From positions 74,524,001 through 74,588,000 of the forward strand of contig OX597819.1 in NCBI GenBank assembly GCA_951406725.2: DNA of 64,000 bases, read 5' to 3'. Shown here piece by piece: positions 63,164 through 64,000 of the stretch. Both the position numbers and the translations under genes were made by a program. The DNA is from Octopus vulgaris (Eukaryota). Under the pieces are notes generated by a model. It did no database searches. It saw nothing but the letters and a program-made list of their open reading frames with translations, and was not told where the DNA came from. The stretch's first letter is position 1, and the number at the start of each line of letters is the position of its first letter.

Positions 63164-64000
63164 TATATTCTCCCTGACCCCCTCTCTCTCTCATAAATAT
63201 ATTCTCCCTGACCATCTCTCTCTCTCTCTCTCTCTCTAGTTGCTACCTGCCTCCCCTCACTCTCATTTCTCACCCTCTCTATGTCGCTCTAACTCACCCT
63301 CTCAATCTCTCTCTCCTCCTCTACCACTTCTCTCTTTTCTGTCTCTCTCTCTTCCCCTCTCTCTCTTCCCTCTCTCTACTCATAAATATATTCTCCCTGA
63401 CCTTCTCTCACCCTCTTTACTGGCTACCTGCCTCCCTTCACTCTCATTTCTTATCCTCTCTATCTCTCTCTCTCTCTCTCTCTCCTCCCACCACCTGCTA
63501 TCAACTTCTGCCTCTCACTAATTCTCTTTCCTCTTCTCCCTCTCTTTTCCTAATTGCTCCCCCTCCCTCTCTGAATCTCCCTCCAACTTCCTTCTTTCAA
63601 ACCTCTTGCCTACCACCACCACCATCTCACCATCAACTAACTCATTCCTTATTCCTCCTACCACCACCATTAAGCTCCACCTCTCTCCTTTGGATAACTT
63701 CACCCACCCCAAAGTGGACTTTGTATGGTTGTTCCACCTGTTAGAAACAGCAGCCAAATACCTACATTTTACATAAGGACACACCCTTTTTTTAAAAAAA
63801 AAAGACACATTGGGTCACGTTATCCAAGATACACTGCTACATTGCTTAAAGAAAAATGAATTTAAACATGGACTTGGCTAAAAAATGTTTTCAATTCTCT
63901 CTGCTTGGTCAGGGGGCCCTGACTTGCAGAGTAAACACTTAAACACAGTCCCCAACCCTAACGAAGACCACCACTGCCATCATCAACATCATCACTACAA

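Overview
AT-rich, repeat-dense eukaryotic DNA, most likely Octopus (a coleoid cephalopod), judged from its tRNA-derived SINE, RTE-LINE and microsatellite families. Most of the window is one minus-strand gene, an RREB1/hindsight(pebbled) C2H2 zinc-finger transcription factor. I traced 16 phase-consistent GT-AG exons from 49912 to the TAA stop at 128-130 (about 1,350 codons, 15 C2H2 fingers, three PxDLS-type CtBP motifs); the first exon was not located. The introns hold SINEs, decayed RTE, CR1 and R4/Dong LINE ends, mariner remnants, hAT- and MULE-like MITEs, foldback palindromes and a 2.2 kb (TA)n tract. The most interesting feature is a repeat family at four loci that joins a tRNA-like (Pol III) head to a Penelope-type minimal hammerhead ribozyme and always occurs as head-to-head inverted arms. 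Also notable: the terminal zinc finger has altered DNA-contact residues and appears to lack its partner finger, and there is a candidate poison exon. All calls were made by eye; repeat boundaries are approximate and family names come from recalled similarity, not database searches.
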